Source: Candidatus Binatia bacterium (GTDB taxonomy: Bacteria; Desulfobacterota; Binatia; UBA9968; JAJDTQ01). From it: a stretch of DNA of 64,000 nt. The notes under the pieces are model-generated. The model saw nothing but the letters and a program-made list of their open reading frames with translations, was not told the origin of the DNA and made no database searches. Positions 27,054 through 36,752 of the stretch are shown here, in pieces. Each line of letters opens with the position of its first letter. Position 1 is the first letter of the stretch. The stretch lies in NCBI GenBank assembly GCA_963666515.2, contig OY762897.2, positions 3,776,001-3,840,000 on the forward strand, read 5' to 3'. The translations under genes and the position numbers were made by a program.

Positions 27054-28244
27054 CTACCGATAGCGCGCGTGATGGCCCGCCACCGGGGCCGGGTCCACGG
27101 CCTTCAGCGCGTCGGCCGAGCCGCCCAGCGCGGTCACGATGGTGCGGATGTTTTCGAGCATCATGCCGGTGTACGAGTGGATCGGGTCGCCGGACTCCCC
27201 GGGGAGGTCGTCGTCCCGCAGCTTGTCGATGAATACCGTCCCGGCTTCACGGGCGATCTGCGCGAGCACAGGGCTGGGAAACAACTCGGAGCCGAACACC
27301 GCCGGCACCCGCGCGCGGCGCAACTGGTCGATGAGCCGCGCCACCTCTCTGGGGCTCGGCTCGGAGAAGCTGGAGGGTTGCACGGCACCGATGACGGAGA
27401 AGCCGTAACGCTTGGCGAAGTAGGGCCACGAGTCGTGATAGGTGAGGAGGCGCCGGTTCTCCGGCGGCACCGTGGCCACGGCCGCGGCAATGGCCCTGTC
27501 CAGCGCTCCGAGCTGCTTCAGGTAGCGCTCCGTGTTGTCCCCGTACGCGGCCCGGCCCTCGGGGTCCGCCGCGGCCAGGGCATCACGCACCAGGCGGGCG
27601 TAGTTCATCACGAGCACCGGGTCGGGCCACAGGTGCGGGTTGGGGTGCCCCCGGTCCCTGGGGAAGCTGAAGTCGAAGACGTAGTCCGCTTCGCTGAGGG
27701 TGCGGTCGGCGAGCAGTAGAATCGGCGTCTCCGGCCGCTTGTTGGCGCGCGCCAGCTTCAGCGTCGGGATCTCCAGGTAGAGGCCGTTCATGATGATGAG
27801 GTCGGCCCGCGCCATGGTTCTGGCGTCCGACGGGACCGGCCGGAAGGTGTGGGAGTTCACCCCTTCCGGCACCATGCCCGTGACCCGCGCCCGGTCCCCG
27901 GCCACGTTCTCCACCATGCTGGTGATCGGCGCCACGGTGGTGACCACGCGTGGGGAGGCGGCTTGGAGTCGGCCGGGAAGCGCCAGCATCATCGCGAGCA
28001 GCAACGCCAGGACCACGCCGGTCTCCGCGATCCCGACGTACCGGCCGGTCTTTCCCGCGCCACGGCTCGGCTTCCCCGACACTGTGCGTCCGTCATTCCG
28101 GCGAAAGCCGGAATCCAGAGGGGGAGGAGGCGGAGCATTCGCAACCCCGGCCCCCCTCTGGATTCCGGCTTTCGCCGGAATGACGGACACGGACATCGGC
28201 GCACGGGTTGTGTGGCAGGGACGGTTTTGTGGCCTGAGTATCAT
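27054..28244 (-). CDS. Mn/Zn ABC transporter substrate-binding protein (TroA/ZnuA cluster)
   Basis: GVNSHTF, NPHLWPDP, TYHDSWPYF, EPSPRE, LRDDDLP; start ambiguous (ATG 28244 includes an in-frame repeat; alternative GTG 28082). Confidence 0.9.
   Translation of the reverse strand: MILRPQNRPCHTTRAPMSVSVIPAKAGIQRGAGVANAPPPPPLDSGFRRNDGRTVSGKPSRGAGKTGRYVGIAETGVVLALLLAMMLALPGRLQAASPRVVTTVAPITSMVENVAGDRARVTGMVPEGVNSHTFRPVPSDARTMARADLIIMNGLYLEIPTLKLARANKRPETPILLLADRTLSEADYVFDFSFPRDRGHPNPHLWPDPVLVMNYARLVRDALAAADPEGRAAYGDNTERYLKQLGALDRAIAAAVATVPPENRRLLTYHDSWPYFAKRYGFSVIGAVQPSSFSEPSPREVARLIDQLRRARVPAVFGSELFPSPVLAQIAREAGTVFIDKLRDDDLPGESGDPIHSYTGMMLENIRTIVTALGGSADALKAVDPAPVAGHHARYR
28091..28185. repeat. 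Palindromic repeat family A, two-arm element, in frame with the SBP N-terminus
   Basis: Translates as VIPAKAGIQ...LDSGFRRND. Confidence 0.92.
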
Positions 28245-28257
28245 TTTCGTGCGAATC

Positions 28258-31200
28258 CTATCCTTCTCCCGCCCGTGCCGGCTCGCTGGCGCTCACGAGC
28301 TGGGTCATCACCAGGTTGGCGTAGAGGCCGTTGGCGCGGAGCAGGTCGTCGTGGGCGCCCTGCTCCGCGATGGCGCCGGAGTCCAGCACCACGATGCGGT
28401 CGGCGTCGCGGATGGTGGACAGCCGGTGGGCGATGACCAGGGTGGTGCGGCCCTGCACCAGCCGGGCGACCGCTTGGTGGATCAGCTCCTCGTTGATGGC
28501 GTCGAGGTGTGAGGTGGCCTCGTCGAGGATCAGCACGGGCGCGTCCTTGAGCAACGCCCGGGCGATGGCGATGCGCTGCCGCTGGCCCCCCGAAAGCTGC
28601 ACGCCGCGCTCGCCGATGACCGTGTCGTAGCCCGCAGGCAGGCGGCTGATGAACCGGTGGATGTGGGCCAGCCCGGCGGCTTCCTCCACCTCTTCCTGGG
28701 TCGCCTCGGGCCGTCCCAGGCGGATGTTGTCGCGCAGCGTGGTGTTGAACAGGTAGGTGTCCTGGGACACCAGCGAGATCTGCTCCCGCAAGTGGTCCAG
28801 GGTGAACTCCCGGAGGTCCCGGCCGGCCAGCGTCACCGCGCCGTCGGCCGGGTCCCAGAAGCGCAGCAGCAGGTGGGCGCAGGTGGTCTTGCCGGCGCCC
28901 GAGGGGCCCACCAGCGCCACCGTCTGCCCCGGCTCCACCTCCAGGCACACGTCCCGTAGCGCGAGACCGCTGCCGGCGTCATAACCGAAGCACACGTGGT
29001 CGAAGCGGATGCCCGGCGGCGCGCCGCCGTTGGCCGCCAGCGCCCGCGTACCGGCCTCGTCCCGCGCCTCCACGCCGGCGCCGTCCCGGTCCTGCGGCGA
29101 CACTGTGGCCCGATCCCGCGCCTCCACGCCGGGGCCGTCCCGCACCGGCACGGGCTCGTCCTTGACCTCGAACACGCGGCGGCCGGACTCCAGCGTCTCC
29201 ATCAGCTCCTTGACCGTGCGGGCCACGTCGGTCACCGGCCCGAAGGCCAGCAGCGCCAGCACGGTGGCCAGCGGCAGCAGCGCCCGGTCCATCTCGGCCT
29301 GGCCCACCAGCCACACGCCGGTCGCTAGCACCGCCAGCGCGCCGATGCCGGTCAGCGCCTCGTTGAAGCTGGCCTGGAGCGCCTGGTCCTTGTGGAACGC
29401 GAGCTGCGCCCTGGCGAGGCGCAGGCTGTTGGCCAGGACCGAGGCGACCTGGTGCTTCTCGTGGCCGAAGGAGGCCACCTCGCGCATGCCCTGGATGCTG
29501 TCCACAAGGTGCGCGTTGAGATGCCCCAGTTCCCGGCGCACCGCGCCGCCCAGGCGGTCCGAGCGCTTCTGCGCCAGGAACGGCGACGCCGCCAGCAGCA
29601 ACAGGAAGGGGACCAGCGCCAGCATCAGCGGCCAGCCCACGAAGCCCAGCACCGTGAGGATCCCGGCGGGGACCACCACGGCGATGAACGCCGGGGTGAT
29701 GGTGTGGGCGAAGAACAGCTCCACCGTCTCCACGTCGGCGCCGGCGATGCTCACCAGGTCGCCGGAGCGGCGCCGGGTGAGGTAGGCCGGCGCCAGCGGG
29801 TCCAGGGTGTCGTAGATGTCGATGCGCATCTCCGCCAGGAGCTGGTAGGCGAGGTCGTGGGGCAGCCAGCAGTCGGCCCAGGCAAGCACGGATGCGAGCC
29901 CCACCATGGACCCCAGGAGGATCAGGTTGAAGGTGATGTCCCCGCCGCGGATCAACTGGCCCACCAGCAGCGCGCCGGCCGCGCCCGCGCCCACCACCGA
30001 CGCCTGGAACAACACCCCGGCGGAGAACGACACCGCGAGCTTGCGCAGGAACGGCCGCACCAGGGTTCCCAGCCGCCGCAGCACGGCAAGGGCGGGCAGC
30101 GGCGCCGTCGCGCCCGCGGTACGGGCCGCCGGCGCCCCGGCGGGTTCCGGGGCCTCGGCCGCGGCGGCCGTGGGCGGGGCCTCGCGCTCGACCATCGCCT
30201 CACTGTCGCCGGCCTGGGCCTGGGCGGCCATCAGCCGGGAGTAGGTGCCGCCGCTTTCCAGCAGCGCCCCGTGGCTGCCGGTCTCCGCCACCCGGCCCCG
30301 CTCCAGCACCACGATCCGGTCGGCGTGGATCACGCTCGACAGCCGGTGCGCGATGATCAGCGTGGTGCGCCCCTCCATGAGCTTGCGCAGCGCCTCGTTG
30401 ATCACCGCCTCGCTCTGGGCGTCCACGCTCGAAAGCGCCTCGTCCAGCACCAGGATCGGCGCGTCCTTGAGGATGGCCCGGGCGATGGCGATGCGCTGGC
30501 GCTCGCCGCCCGAGAGCCGCACGCCGCGCTCGCCCACCACGGTGTCGTAGCCGTCCGGCAGGCCGGCGATGAACTCGTGGACGTTGGCCGCCCGCGCCGC
30601 CCGCTCGATCTCTTCGAGCGTGGCCTCCGGCCTGGCCATGCGCAGGTTGTCGGCGATGGTGCCGTAGAACAGGTACATGTCCTGGGCCACCACCGCGACG
30701 TGGCGGCGCAGCACATGCAGCGGGATGGTGCGGATGTCCCGGCCCCCCAGCAGCACGCGTCCCTGCTGGGGGTCGGCGAAGCGCAGCATGAGCGACACCA
30801 GGGTCGACTTGCCGGCGCCGCTGGGACCCACCACGCCGAGCTTCTCGCCCGGGCGCAACTCCAGCGAGACCTCCCGGAGCGCGGGCCGGCTGCCCTCGCG
30901 GTAGGCGAAGCTCACGTCCTCGTAGCGGACCGCGGGCTCGAAGGAAGTCTCCTCCGCGGCCTCGCCCGGCGCCGGCTCCCGCACCGTCACCGGCGTCTCC
31001 AGCAGCGCGAATATCCCCTCGGCCGAGGCCATGGCGTTGATGCCCTGGTGGTAGAGGATCATCAGCTCCCGCGTGGGGCGGAAGAGCTCCGCGCCCATGA
31101 TCAGGATCACGATCAGCGAGCGGATATCCAGGTCGCCGGCGCTGACCTTGAGGGCGCCCCAGGCCAGCGCGCACGCGGTGCCGCCCAGGATGCCGAAGGT

Positions 31201-31938
31201 GGTGACGCCCACCGAGACCATGTTGACCGCCAGCACGCCCATGGTGGTGCGGTAGAGATGGCGCGCCCGTTCCGCGAGCGCCTTCCCTTGGCTGCGGCTC
31301 CGCCCGAAGATCTTGAGGGTGCCGATGCCCTGGATGCTGTCCAGGAAGTCGGCGCCGAAGGCGCCGTAGGAGGCGCGCCGTCGCCGGCTGCTCTCCCCGG
31401 TGAACATCAGGAACAGCGGCGTCTCCAGCAGCGTCACCAGCGCGAAGACCAGGAAGATGAGCCCGATGACCAGGTCGAAGGACGCCATCAGAAAGAAGAT
31501 CAGCACGGGCGCCACCGCGGCCACCACCAATTGCGGCAGGAACTGGCCGTAGAAGACCTGTAGCTGCTCCACCCCTTCGCCCAGGGACAGCAGCACGTCG
31601 CCGGTCCGTTTCTGGTCGAAGTGCCCGGGGCCCAGGTCCAGTGCGTGGCGGTAGAGCTTGTCGTGGAGCCCGGCTTTCACCCGGGCCGCGGTCTCCTGGC
31701 TCACCATGTCCCGCAGGTACTGGAACACCGCGCGCAGCGCGATGAAGCCGGCGACGGCCGCAAGATAGGGAATCAGCGACGAGAAGGCGGCGCCGGTGAG
31801 GACCCCGGCGATGATGAGGCCGGAAAAGGCCAGCCGCGAGATCCCCGCGGCCACGGCGAGCAGGCCGAGAACGGCGGCCGCGGCGATGCGCATGCGCACG
31901 CCGCGGGTGTGGGTCAACAGTCTTCGGTCCAGGTACAT
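28258..31938 (-). CDS. Fused TMD-NBD-TMD-NBD ABC transporter (CydDC/IrtAB/YbtPQ-like fold)
   Basis: Two TM blocks; GPSGAGKST/LSGGE/LDEA/AHRLS and GPSGAGKTT/LSGGQ/LDEA/AHRLS. Confidence 0.9.
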   Translation of the reverse strand: MYLDRRLLTHTRGVRMRIAAAAVLGLLAVAAGISRLAFSGLIIAGVLTGAAFSSLIPYLAAVAGFIALRAVFQYLRDMVSQETAARVKAGLHDKLYRHALDLGPGHFDQKRTGDVLLSLGEGVEQLQVFYGQFLPQLVVAAVAPVLIFFLMASFDLVIGLIFLVFALVTLLETPLFLMFTGESSRRRRASYGAFGADFLDSIQGIGTLKIFGRSRSQGKALAERARHLYRTTMGVLAVNMVSVGVTTFGILGGTACALAWGALKVSAGDLDIRSLIVILIMGAELFRPTRELMILYHQGINAMASAEGIFALLETPVTVREPAPGEAAEETSFEPAVRYEDVSFAYREGSRPALREVSLELRPGEKLGVVGPSGAGKSTLVSLMLRFADPQQGRVLLGGRDIRTIPLHVLRRHVAVVAQDMYLFYGTIADNLRMARPEATLEEIERAARAANVHEFIAGLPDGYDTVVGERGVRLSGGERQRIAIARAILKDAPILVLDEALSSVDAQSEAVINEALRKLMEGRTTLIIAHRLSSVIHADRIVVLERGRVAETGSHGALLESGGTYSRLMAAQAQAGDSEAMVEREAPPTAAAAEAPEPAGAPAARTAGATAPLPALAVLRRLGTLVRPFLRKLAVSFSAGVLFQASVVGAGAAGALLVGQLIRGGDITFNLILLGSMVGLASVLAWADCWLPHDLAYQLLAEMRIDIYDTLDPLAPAYLTRRRSGDLVSIAGADVETVELFFAHTITPAFIAVVVPAGILTVLGFVGWPLMLALVPFLLLLAASPFLAQKRSDRLGGAVRRELGHLNAHLVDSIQGMREVASFGHEKHQVASVLANSLRLARAQLAFHKDQALQASFNEALTGIGALAVLATGVWLVGQAEMDRALLPLATVLALLAFGPVTDVARTVKELMETLESGRRVFEVKDEPVPVRDGPGVEARDRATVSPQDRDGAGVEARDEAGTRALAANGGAPPGIRFDHVCFGYDAGSGLALRDVCLEVEPGQTVALVGPSGAGKTTCAHLLLRFWDPADGAVTLAGRDLREFTLDHLREQISLVSQDTYLFNTTLRDNIRLGRPEATQEEVEEAAGLAHIHRFISRLPAGYDTVIGERGVQLSGGQRQRIAIARALLKDAPVLILDEATSHLDAINEELIHQAVARLVQGRTTLVIAHRLSTIRDADRIVVLDSGAIAEQGAHDDLLRANGLYANLVMTQLVSASEPARAGEG
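29060..29142. repeat. In-frame 54-bp-period duplication in the ABC transporter linker
   Basis: TCCCGCGCCTCCACGCCGG(C/G)GCCGTCCCG twice; protein RDGPGVEARD...RDGAGVEARD. Confidence 0.8.
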
Positions 31939-31999
31939 CGATCACCCATCCTCGTTTCAGAAAGTTAGAAGGTCATCGCACCGAATACAAGGCAGCCGG

Positions 32000-32047
32000 G
32001 TCCTTCGACTTCGCTCCGCTACGGCTGCCCTGAGCCTAGGCGAACGG
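32000..32047. repeat. Palindromic repeat family B, degenerate arm
   Basis: GTCCTTCGACTTCGCTCCGCTACG...GGCGAACGG. Confidence 0.7.
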
Positions 32048-32079
32048 AAGGACACTGCATTTCTAGGCAAAAGAAAAAA

Positions 32080-32093
32080 TTTGGTCAACCTAA
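32080..32093. promoter_or_regulatory. Putative DtxR/SirR-family operator
   Basis: TTTGGTCAACCTAA, 12/14 match to the palindrome TTAGGTTAACCTAA, in the AT-rich divergent promoter between the ABC transporter and the Fe3+ SBP; a DtxR gene lies ~1.2 kb away. Confidence 0.6.
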
Positions 32094-32166
32094 CTTCAGG
32101 TATTGCATTCCCGCGAAAGTTGAAGTATGGATGGCGGAAATATCTCTTGAAGGGAGACCGTAAACA

Positions 32167-33201
32167 ATGATCAGAAAACTGTTGGGAACCAGGGTCCTGG
32201 TATCCATGGCCGCGGTACTTGGCCTGTCCATGGGGATGGCGGCGAGCGCCTCCGCCGACGGCGAGGTCAACATCTACTCCTACCGGCAGCCGTTCCTCAT
32301 CAAGCCGATGCTGAACGCCTTCACGCACCAGACCGGGATCAAGACCAACGTGGTGTTCGCCCCCAAGGGCATGATCACGCGCCTCCAGAAGGAGGGCAAG
32401 AACAGCCCGGCCGACATGATCCTGACGGTGGACATCGGGCGCATCAACGACGCCGTGGAAGCGGGCGTCCTGCAGCCCGTCAAGTCCAAGAAGCTCACGG
32501 CGAACATTCCCGCGCACGACCGGGACCCGTCGGGCCTGTGGTTCGGGCTCACCAGGCGCGCCCGCATCGTCTACGCCTCCAAGGAGAGGGTGAAGCCGGG
32601 CGAGCTGTCCACCTACGAGGGCCTCGCCGACTCCAGGTGGAAGGGCCGCATCTGCATCCGCTCGTCCAAGCACGTGTACAACGTGGCGCTGCTGGCCTCG
32701 CTGGTGGCCCATCACGGCGAGCAAAAGGCCGAGGAGTGGGCCAAGGGCCTCAAGGCCAACCTGGCGCGCAAGCCTCAGGGCAACGACCGCGCCCAGGTCA
32801 AGGCCATCTTCGCGGGCGAGTGCGACATCTCGCTGGGCAACTCCTACTACATGGGCAAGATGCTCACCAACGAGAAGCAGATCGCGTGGGCCGAGTCCGT
32901 GTTCCTTTTCTTCCCCAACCAGGACGGCCGCGGCGCCCACATGAACATCAGCGGCGCCGGCGTCACCAAACATGCGCCGCGGAAGGACAACGCCGTCAAG
33001 CTGCTGGAGTTCCTGAGCGACGACCTGGCGCAGAAGATGTACGCCGAGCAGAACTTCGAGTATCCGGTGAAGCCCGGCGCGGCCTGGTCCGGGTTGGTGG
33101 AGTCGTGGGGCAGGTTCAAGGCCGACAAGCTCGACATGATCGAGGTAGCCAGGAACCGGGCGGCCGCCGTCAGGATCTTCGACCGGGTGGGGATTCCCTG
33201 A
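32167..33201 (+). CDS. Fe(3+) ABC transporter substrate-binding protein (FutA/FbpA family)
   Basis: EVNIYSYRQ, SPADMILTVD, WFGLTRRAR, YNVAL, PQGNDR, NSYY (tandem Tyr ligands), HMNISG, NFEYP. Confidence 0.93.
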   Translation: MIRKLLGTRVLVSMAAVLGLSMGMAASASADGEVNIYSYRQPFLIKPMLNAFTHQTGIKTNVVFAPKGMITRLQKEGKNSPADMILTVDIGRINDAVEAGVLQPVKSKKLTANIPAHDRDPSGLWFGLTRRARIVYASKERVKPGELSTYEGLADSRWKGRICIRSSKHVYNVALLASLVAHHGEQKAEEWAKGLKANLARKPQGNDRAQVKAIFAGECDISLGNSYYMGKMLTNEKQIAWAESVFLFFPNQDGRGAHMNISGAGVTKHAPRKDNAVKLLEFLSDDLAQKMYAEQNFEYPVKPGAAWSGLVESWGRFKADKLDMIEVARNRAAAVRIFDRVGIP

Positions 33202-33332
33202 AGGCCGGCCCACCGACATCCAGAAGGTCTTCTTCAAAAAGATACCGTATTCGACTATGATCCGACCATCGGAGCCGTCTTGGTGGCAGAAGGGGCAAAT
33301 CGAGTCGCAACTCCAAGGGCGACAGCCGTTAC

Positions 33333-34025
33333 ATGTGGGGTGGGACCAACGTGGTCGTAAAGCGATCAGAAGTTTCTTCAGCGACGGAAGACTATCTCAA
33401 GGCCATCTACAGTCTGGCCGAGGAGAACGACCAAGTGATCGCGGCGCGGGTGGCGGAGGACATCGGCGTGACGCCCTCTACCATGTTCAGTGCCCTGCGG
33501 CGGCTGGAGAAGGAAGAGTTCGTGCGGGTGGAGCGCCGCAAGAACATCTACCTGACGTCCAAGGGCCGCGAGGTGGCGGAGGCCATCCTGCGCCGGCACT
33601 TTCTCACGGAGCGGCTGCTGACGGACCTCCTGGGCCTGGACTGGGTCACCGCCCACCAGGAAGCACACCACCTGGAGCACGCCATCTCGCCGGTGGTGGA
33701 GGAGCGCCTCGCCGCCATCCTCGACAATCCGTCCACCTGCCCCCACGGCAACCCCATTCCCGTCAAGGGGGAGCCGTCCCCACGCCGCGAGTGGATCCCC
33801 CTGAATACCGCGGCAGCCGGCACGGGAGTCATCTTCCGCTGCATCACCGAGACCGGCGAGCGCGACGCCGTGCTGCTGTCGTTCCTCTACGACCACGAGG
33901 TCCGTCCCGGCACCAACATCGACATTCGCGACGTTTCGCCGTCCCTGGGCACCATCAGTCTCAAGGTGGGAGAACACGAGGTCGTGCTGGGCCTCGAAGC
34001 CGCCAGGAAAATCTACGTGCAGTGA
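33333..34025 (+). CDS. DtxR/MntR/IdeR family metal-dependent repressor with FeoA-like C-terminal domain
   Basis: EDYLKAIY, RRHFLTERLL, EAHHLEH, CPHGNPIP. Confidence 0.93.
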   Translation: MWGGTNVVVKRSEVSSATEDYLKAIYSLAEENDQVIAARVAEDIGVTPSTMFSALRRLEKEEFVRVERRKNIYLTSKGREVAEAILRRHFLTERLLTDLLGLDWVTAHQEAHHLEHAISPVVEERLAAILDNPSTCPHGNPIPVKGEPSPRREWIPLNTAAAGTGVIFRCITETGERDAVLLSFLYDHEVRPGTNIDIRDVSPSLGTISLKVGEHEVVLGLEAARKIYVQ

Positions 34026-34105
34026 CCGGAGCGGCGGAGCGCATCCATGAACGCCCGGACCGACACACGCAGTCGAGCCGGTGCGGCACTGCTCGCAGCA
34101 GCCGC

Positions 34106-34978
34106 CTACCACGGCGTGGCTGCGGCAGCCGTGGCCACGCCGGCGGCGACTACCGCCATCCAGCACAGCCGCCTGAACCCGATCCGATCCCCCAGCCAGA
34201 TACGTGCGGCCACCGCGGTGACGGCGGCGAAGCAGGAGAAACCGATGGCCGCGCCGACCCGTCCGCCGCCGGCAGAGCCGGTCAGGAACAGGCCCAGGGC
34301 CCCCGTTTCCAGGATCGCCTGCAACAAGACGAGGGGCCACGTTGTCCCGGACGGCCAGGCCAGCGGCCGGCGCTGCCGTTGGAGCGCCATGAAGCCCAGT
34401 GCGCCGACCAGGGCGAAGGCGCGGTTCAGGTACACCGCCGGAACCGTGCCGAGCGCCGCGCCGGCCTCCTGAGCGAGGAACATGCGTAGCGCCACCGACA
34501 CCGCGGCGCCGAGGCCCAGGAGCGCGGTCACCCGCAACGAGGCGCGGTCGTAGCGCTCCTTCCCCGGCCGTTCGGGCCGGGCCAGCATCGCCACGCCGCC
34601 GAAGACCGTCAACGCCGCGACCCCGTGCAGCCAGTGATACGGATGGCCGGCCAGCACGTTCAGCGCCACGAGCATCACCGTGAAGCTCGACGTGGCGGGG
34701 GAGGCCACCGTCACCGGCCCCCGCACCAGCGCGCGGAAAAGCAGAGCCAGCGCCGCGACGTTCAGCAGGCCGGACACAACCGAGGCGCCCCAGCCCCACG
34801 CGTTCCACGCCGGCCAGCCGCCGCTCGCCGCGAACCAGACCGTCATGACGGCGAACGGAGGGATCATGATGAGCGCGATGAGCACGGACAGGGAGACGCG
34901 GCTCGCCGTCACCCGCGCCACGCAATCGGAAACGCCGATCAGGCCGGCGCCGCACAACCCCCACACCAGTCCGCTCAT
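34106..34978 (-). CDS. DMT/EamA family transporter
   Basis: ~10 TM segments, GVSD, RGPVTVASP, LGDRI. Confidence 0.85.
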   Translation of the reverse strand: MSGLVWGLCGAGLIGVSDCVARVTASRVSLSVLIALIMIPPFAVMTVWFAASGGWPAWNAWGWGASVVSGLLNVAALALLFRALVRGPVTVASPATSSFTVMLVALNVLAGHPYHWLHGVAALTVFGGVAMLARPERPGKERYDRASLRVTALLGLGAAVSVALRMFLAQEAGAALGTVPAVYLNRAFALVGALGFMALQRQRRPLAWPSGTTWPLVLLQAILETGALGLFLTGSAGGGRVGAAIGFSCFAAVTAVAARIWLGDRIGFRRLCWMAVVAAGVATAAAATPW

Positions 34979-35192
34979 GACATGTCTCCGTCTCCGCCTC
35001 TTTCCGTTGCCTTCGCCTCTCCACGTTCCTTTCAGAGTCTCTCAGCGGTCGCAACCGGCAGGCGGAGCGGACTCGAAATGTCCCCGATACTGTGTTACGG
35101 CTCAGACAGGAAGCGCCCGTCCCGCGATGGAACCCCGAAGCTTGAATGGACGCGGTACAATGCCCCCGGAACGGGCGAGAAGGGAGAACGGA

Positions 35193-36626
35193 ATGCAGCC
35201 GGTAACCGACATGCGGAGCTTCATCGAGCGACTGGACGCCATGGGCGAGGTCAGGCGCATCGAGGGGGCGGACCTGGACACCGAGGTGGGGGCGCTCACC
35301 GAGCACATGGGCGACATCGAGTCGCAGGCGCTGCTGTTCGACGGCTTCGCGGGGTTCCCCAAGGGCTTCCGCATCGTCTCCAACCTGTTCCGCACCTGCT
35401 CGCGCACCGCGGTGGCCATGGGCGTGCCCACGGACGTGAAGGGGGTGGACTTCCTCCACGCCTGGCGCAAGCGCTCGCTGGAGTTCCAGCCGCTTCCCTA
35501 CGAGCAGGTGGAAGGCGGGCCGGTGTTCGACAACCAGATGGAAGAGGACGAAGTCGACCTGACCCGGTTCCCGACCCCGCTGTGGCACGACCTCGACGGC
35601 GGACGGTACATCGGCACGGGATGCGGCGTGATCACCAAGGATCCCGAGTCGGGCGGCATCAACATCGGCACCTACCGGGTGATGATCCAGGAGAAGAACA
35701 AGGTCTCGGTCAAGATGAACAAGGGCAAGCACGGGCGGCTGGCCATGGAGCGGGCCCACGCCCGGGGCGAGGCGCTGCCCGTGGCCATCACCCTGGGACA
35801 GGAGCCCAGCGTCATGCTGTCGTCGCAGATGCCGCTGCCGCCGTCGGTGAACGAGTACGAATTCGCCGGCTGGATGCAGGGGAGCCCCATCCCGGTGGTG
35901 CGGGGCGCCGTCACCGGCCTGCCCATCCCCGCCAACGGCGAGGTGGTGCTGGAAGGCGAAATCCCGCCGCTGCCGCCCGAGCAGCTCCCCAAGGAAGGAC
36001 CCTTCGGCGAGTGGCCGGGCTACTACACCGAGGCCACCGAGGGCGACGTGCCGCTCATGACCGTCAAGCGCGTCTACTACCGCAACGACCCCATCATCCT
36101 GGGCGCGCCGCCGGTGCGGCCGCCCAACAGCTACCTGCCGATTCCGCTGGGCGCCATCACGCTCTGGGAACAGCTCGAGAAGGCCGGCATCCCCGACGTG
36201 AAGGGCGTCTGGGGCTTCGTCTACGGCGGCCAGCCCGGCCCGTTCACGGTCATCTCCATCAAGCAGCGCTACACCGGCCACGCCAAGCAGGCGCTGCTGG
36301 TGGCCGCCGGCGCCCGCGCCGGCGCCTACGGCGGAAAGATGGTGGTGGTGGTGGACGACGACGTCGACATCACCAATCCCGGCGAGGTCATCTGGGCCCT
36401 GTCCACCCGCTGCGACCCGCGCGAGGGCATCGACATCGTGAAGAACGTGTGGGCCTCGGTGTGCGAGCCGGTCATCTCTCCCATGGACCGGGACACCAAG
36501 GGCTACGTCACCGACCGCGTGCTCATCGACGCCTGCCGGCCGTACCAGTGGATCGACCGCTTCCCGCCGGTGAACGCGTTCGAGCCGCAGTACAAGGACA
36601 AGGTGGCGAAAAAGTGGGGCGTATGA
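35193..36626 (+). CDS. UbiD family (prFMN-dependent) decarboxylase
   Basis: Start MQPVTDMRSFI; DGGRYIGT, NIGTYR, EGPFGEWPGYY, VVVDDDVD, WALSTRCDP, IDACRPY. Confidence 0.93.
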   Translation: MQPVTDMRSFIERLDAMGEVRRIEGADLDTEVGALTEHMGDIESQALLFDGFAGFPKGFRIVSNLFRTCSRTAVAMGVPTDVKGVDFLHAWRKRSLEFQPLPYEQVEGGPVFDNQMEEDEVDLTRFPTPLWHDLDGGRYIGTGCGVITKDPESGGINIGTYRVMIQEKNKVSVKMNKGKHGRLAMERAHARGEALPVAITLGQEPSVMLSSQMPLPPSVNEYEFAGWMQGSPIPVVRGAVTGLPIPANGEVVLEGEIPPLPPEQLPKEGPFGEWPGYYTEATEGDVPLMTVKRVYYRNDPIILGAPPVRPPNSYLPIPLGAITLWEQLEKAGIPDVKGVWGFVYGGQPGPFTVISIKQRYTGHAKQALLVAAGARAGAYGGKMVVVVDDDVDITNPGEVIWALSTRCDPREGIDIVKNVWASVCEPVISPMDRDTKGYVTDRVLIDACRPYQWIDRFPPVNAFEPQYKDKVAKKWGV

Positions 36627-36752
36627 GCCGTAGTACTTGAAGGACCGGATGATTCGCTCGGGAACAATCAACACATGGTCCACACCGCGCCCTGGGCGAC
36701 CGCCCAAGGCGATCCGTTACACCAGAGTGCTTCAAGCCATGTCGTCACCTCA

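Noticed and set aside
33378-36707. 1109-aa minus-strand ORF and other long ORFs (29392-31563, 40190-42607, 51173-53221, 6823-8793, 25772-27232)
   Set aside because: Shadow frames of well-supported genes in high-GC DNA; no recognisable motifs.
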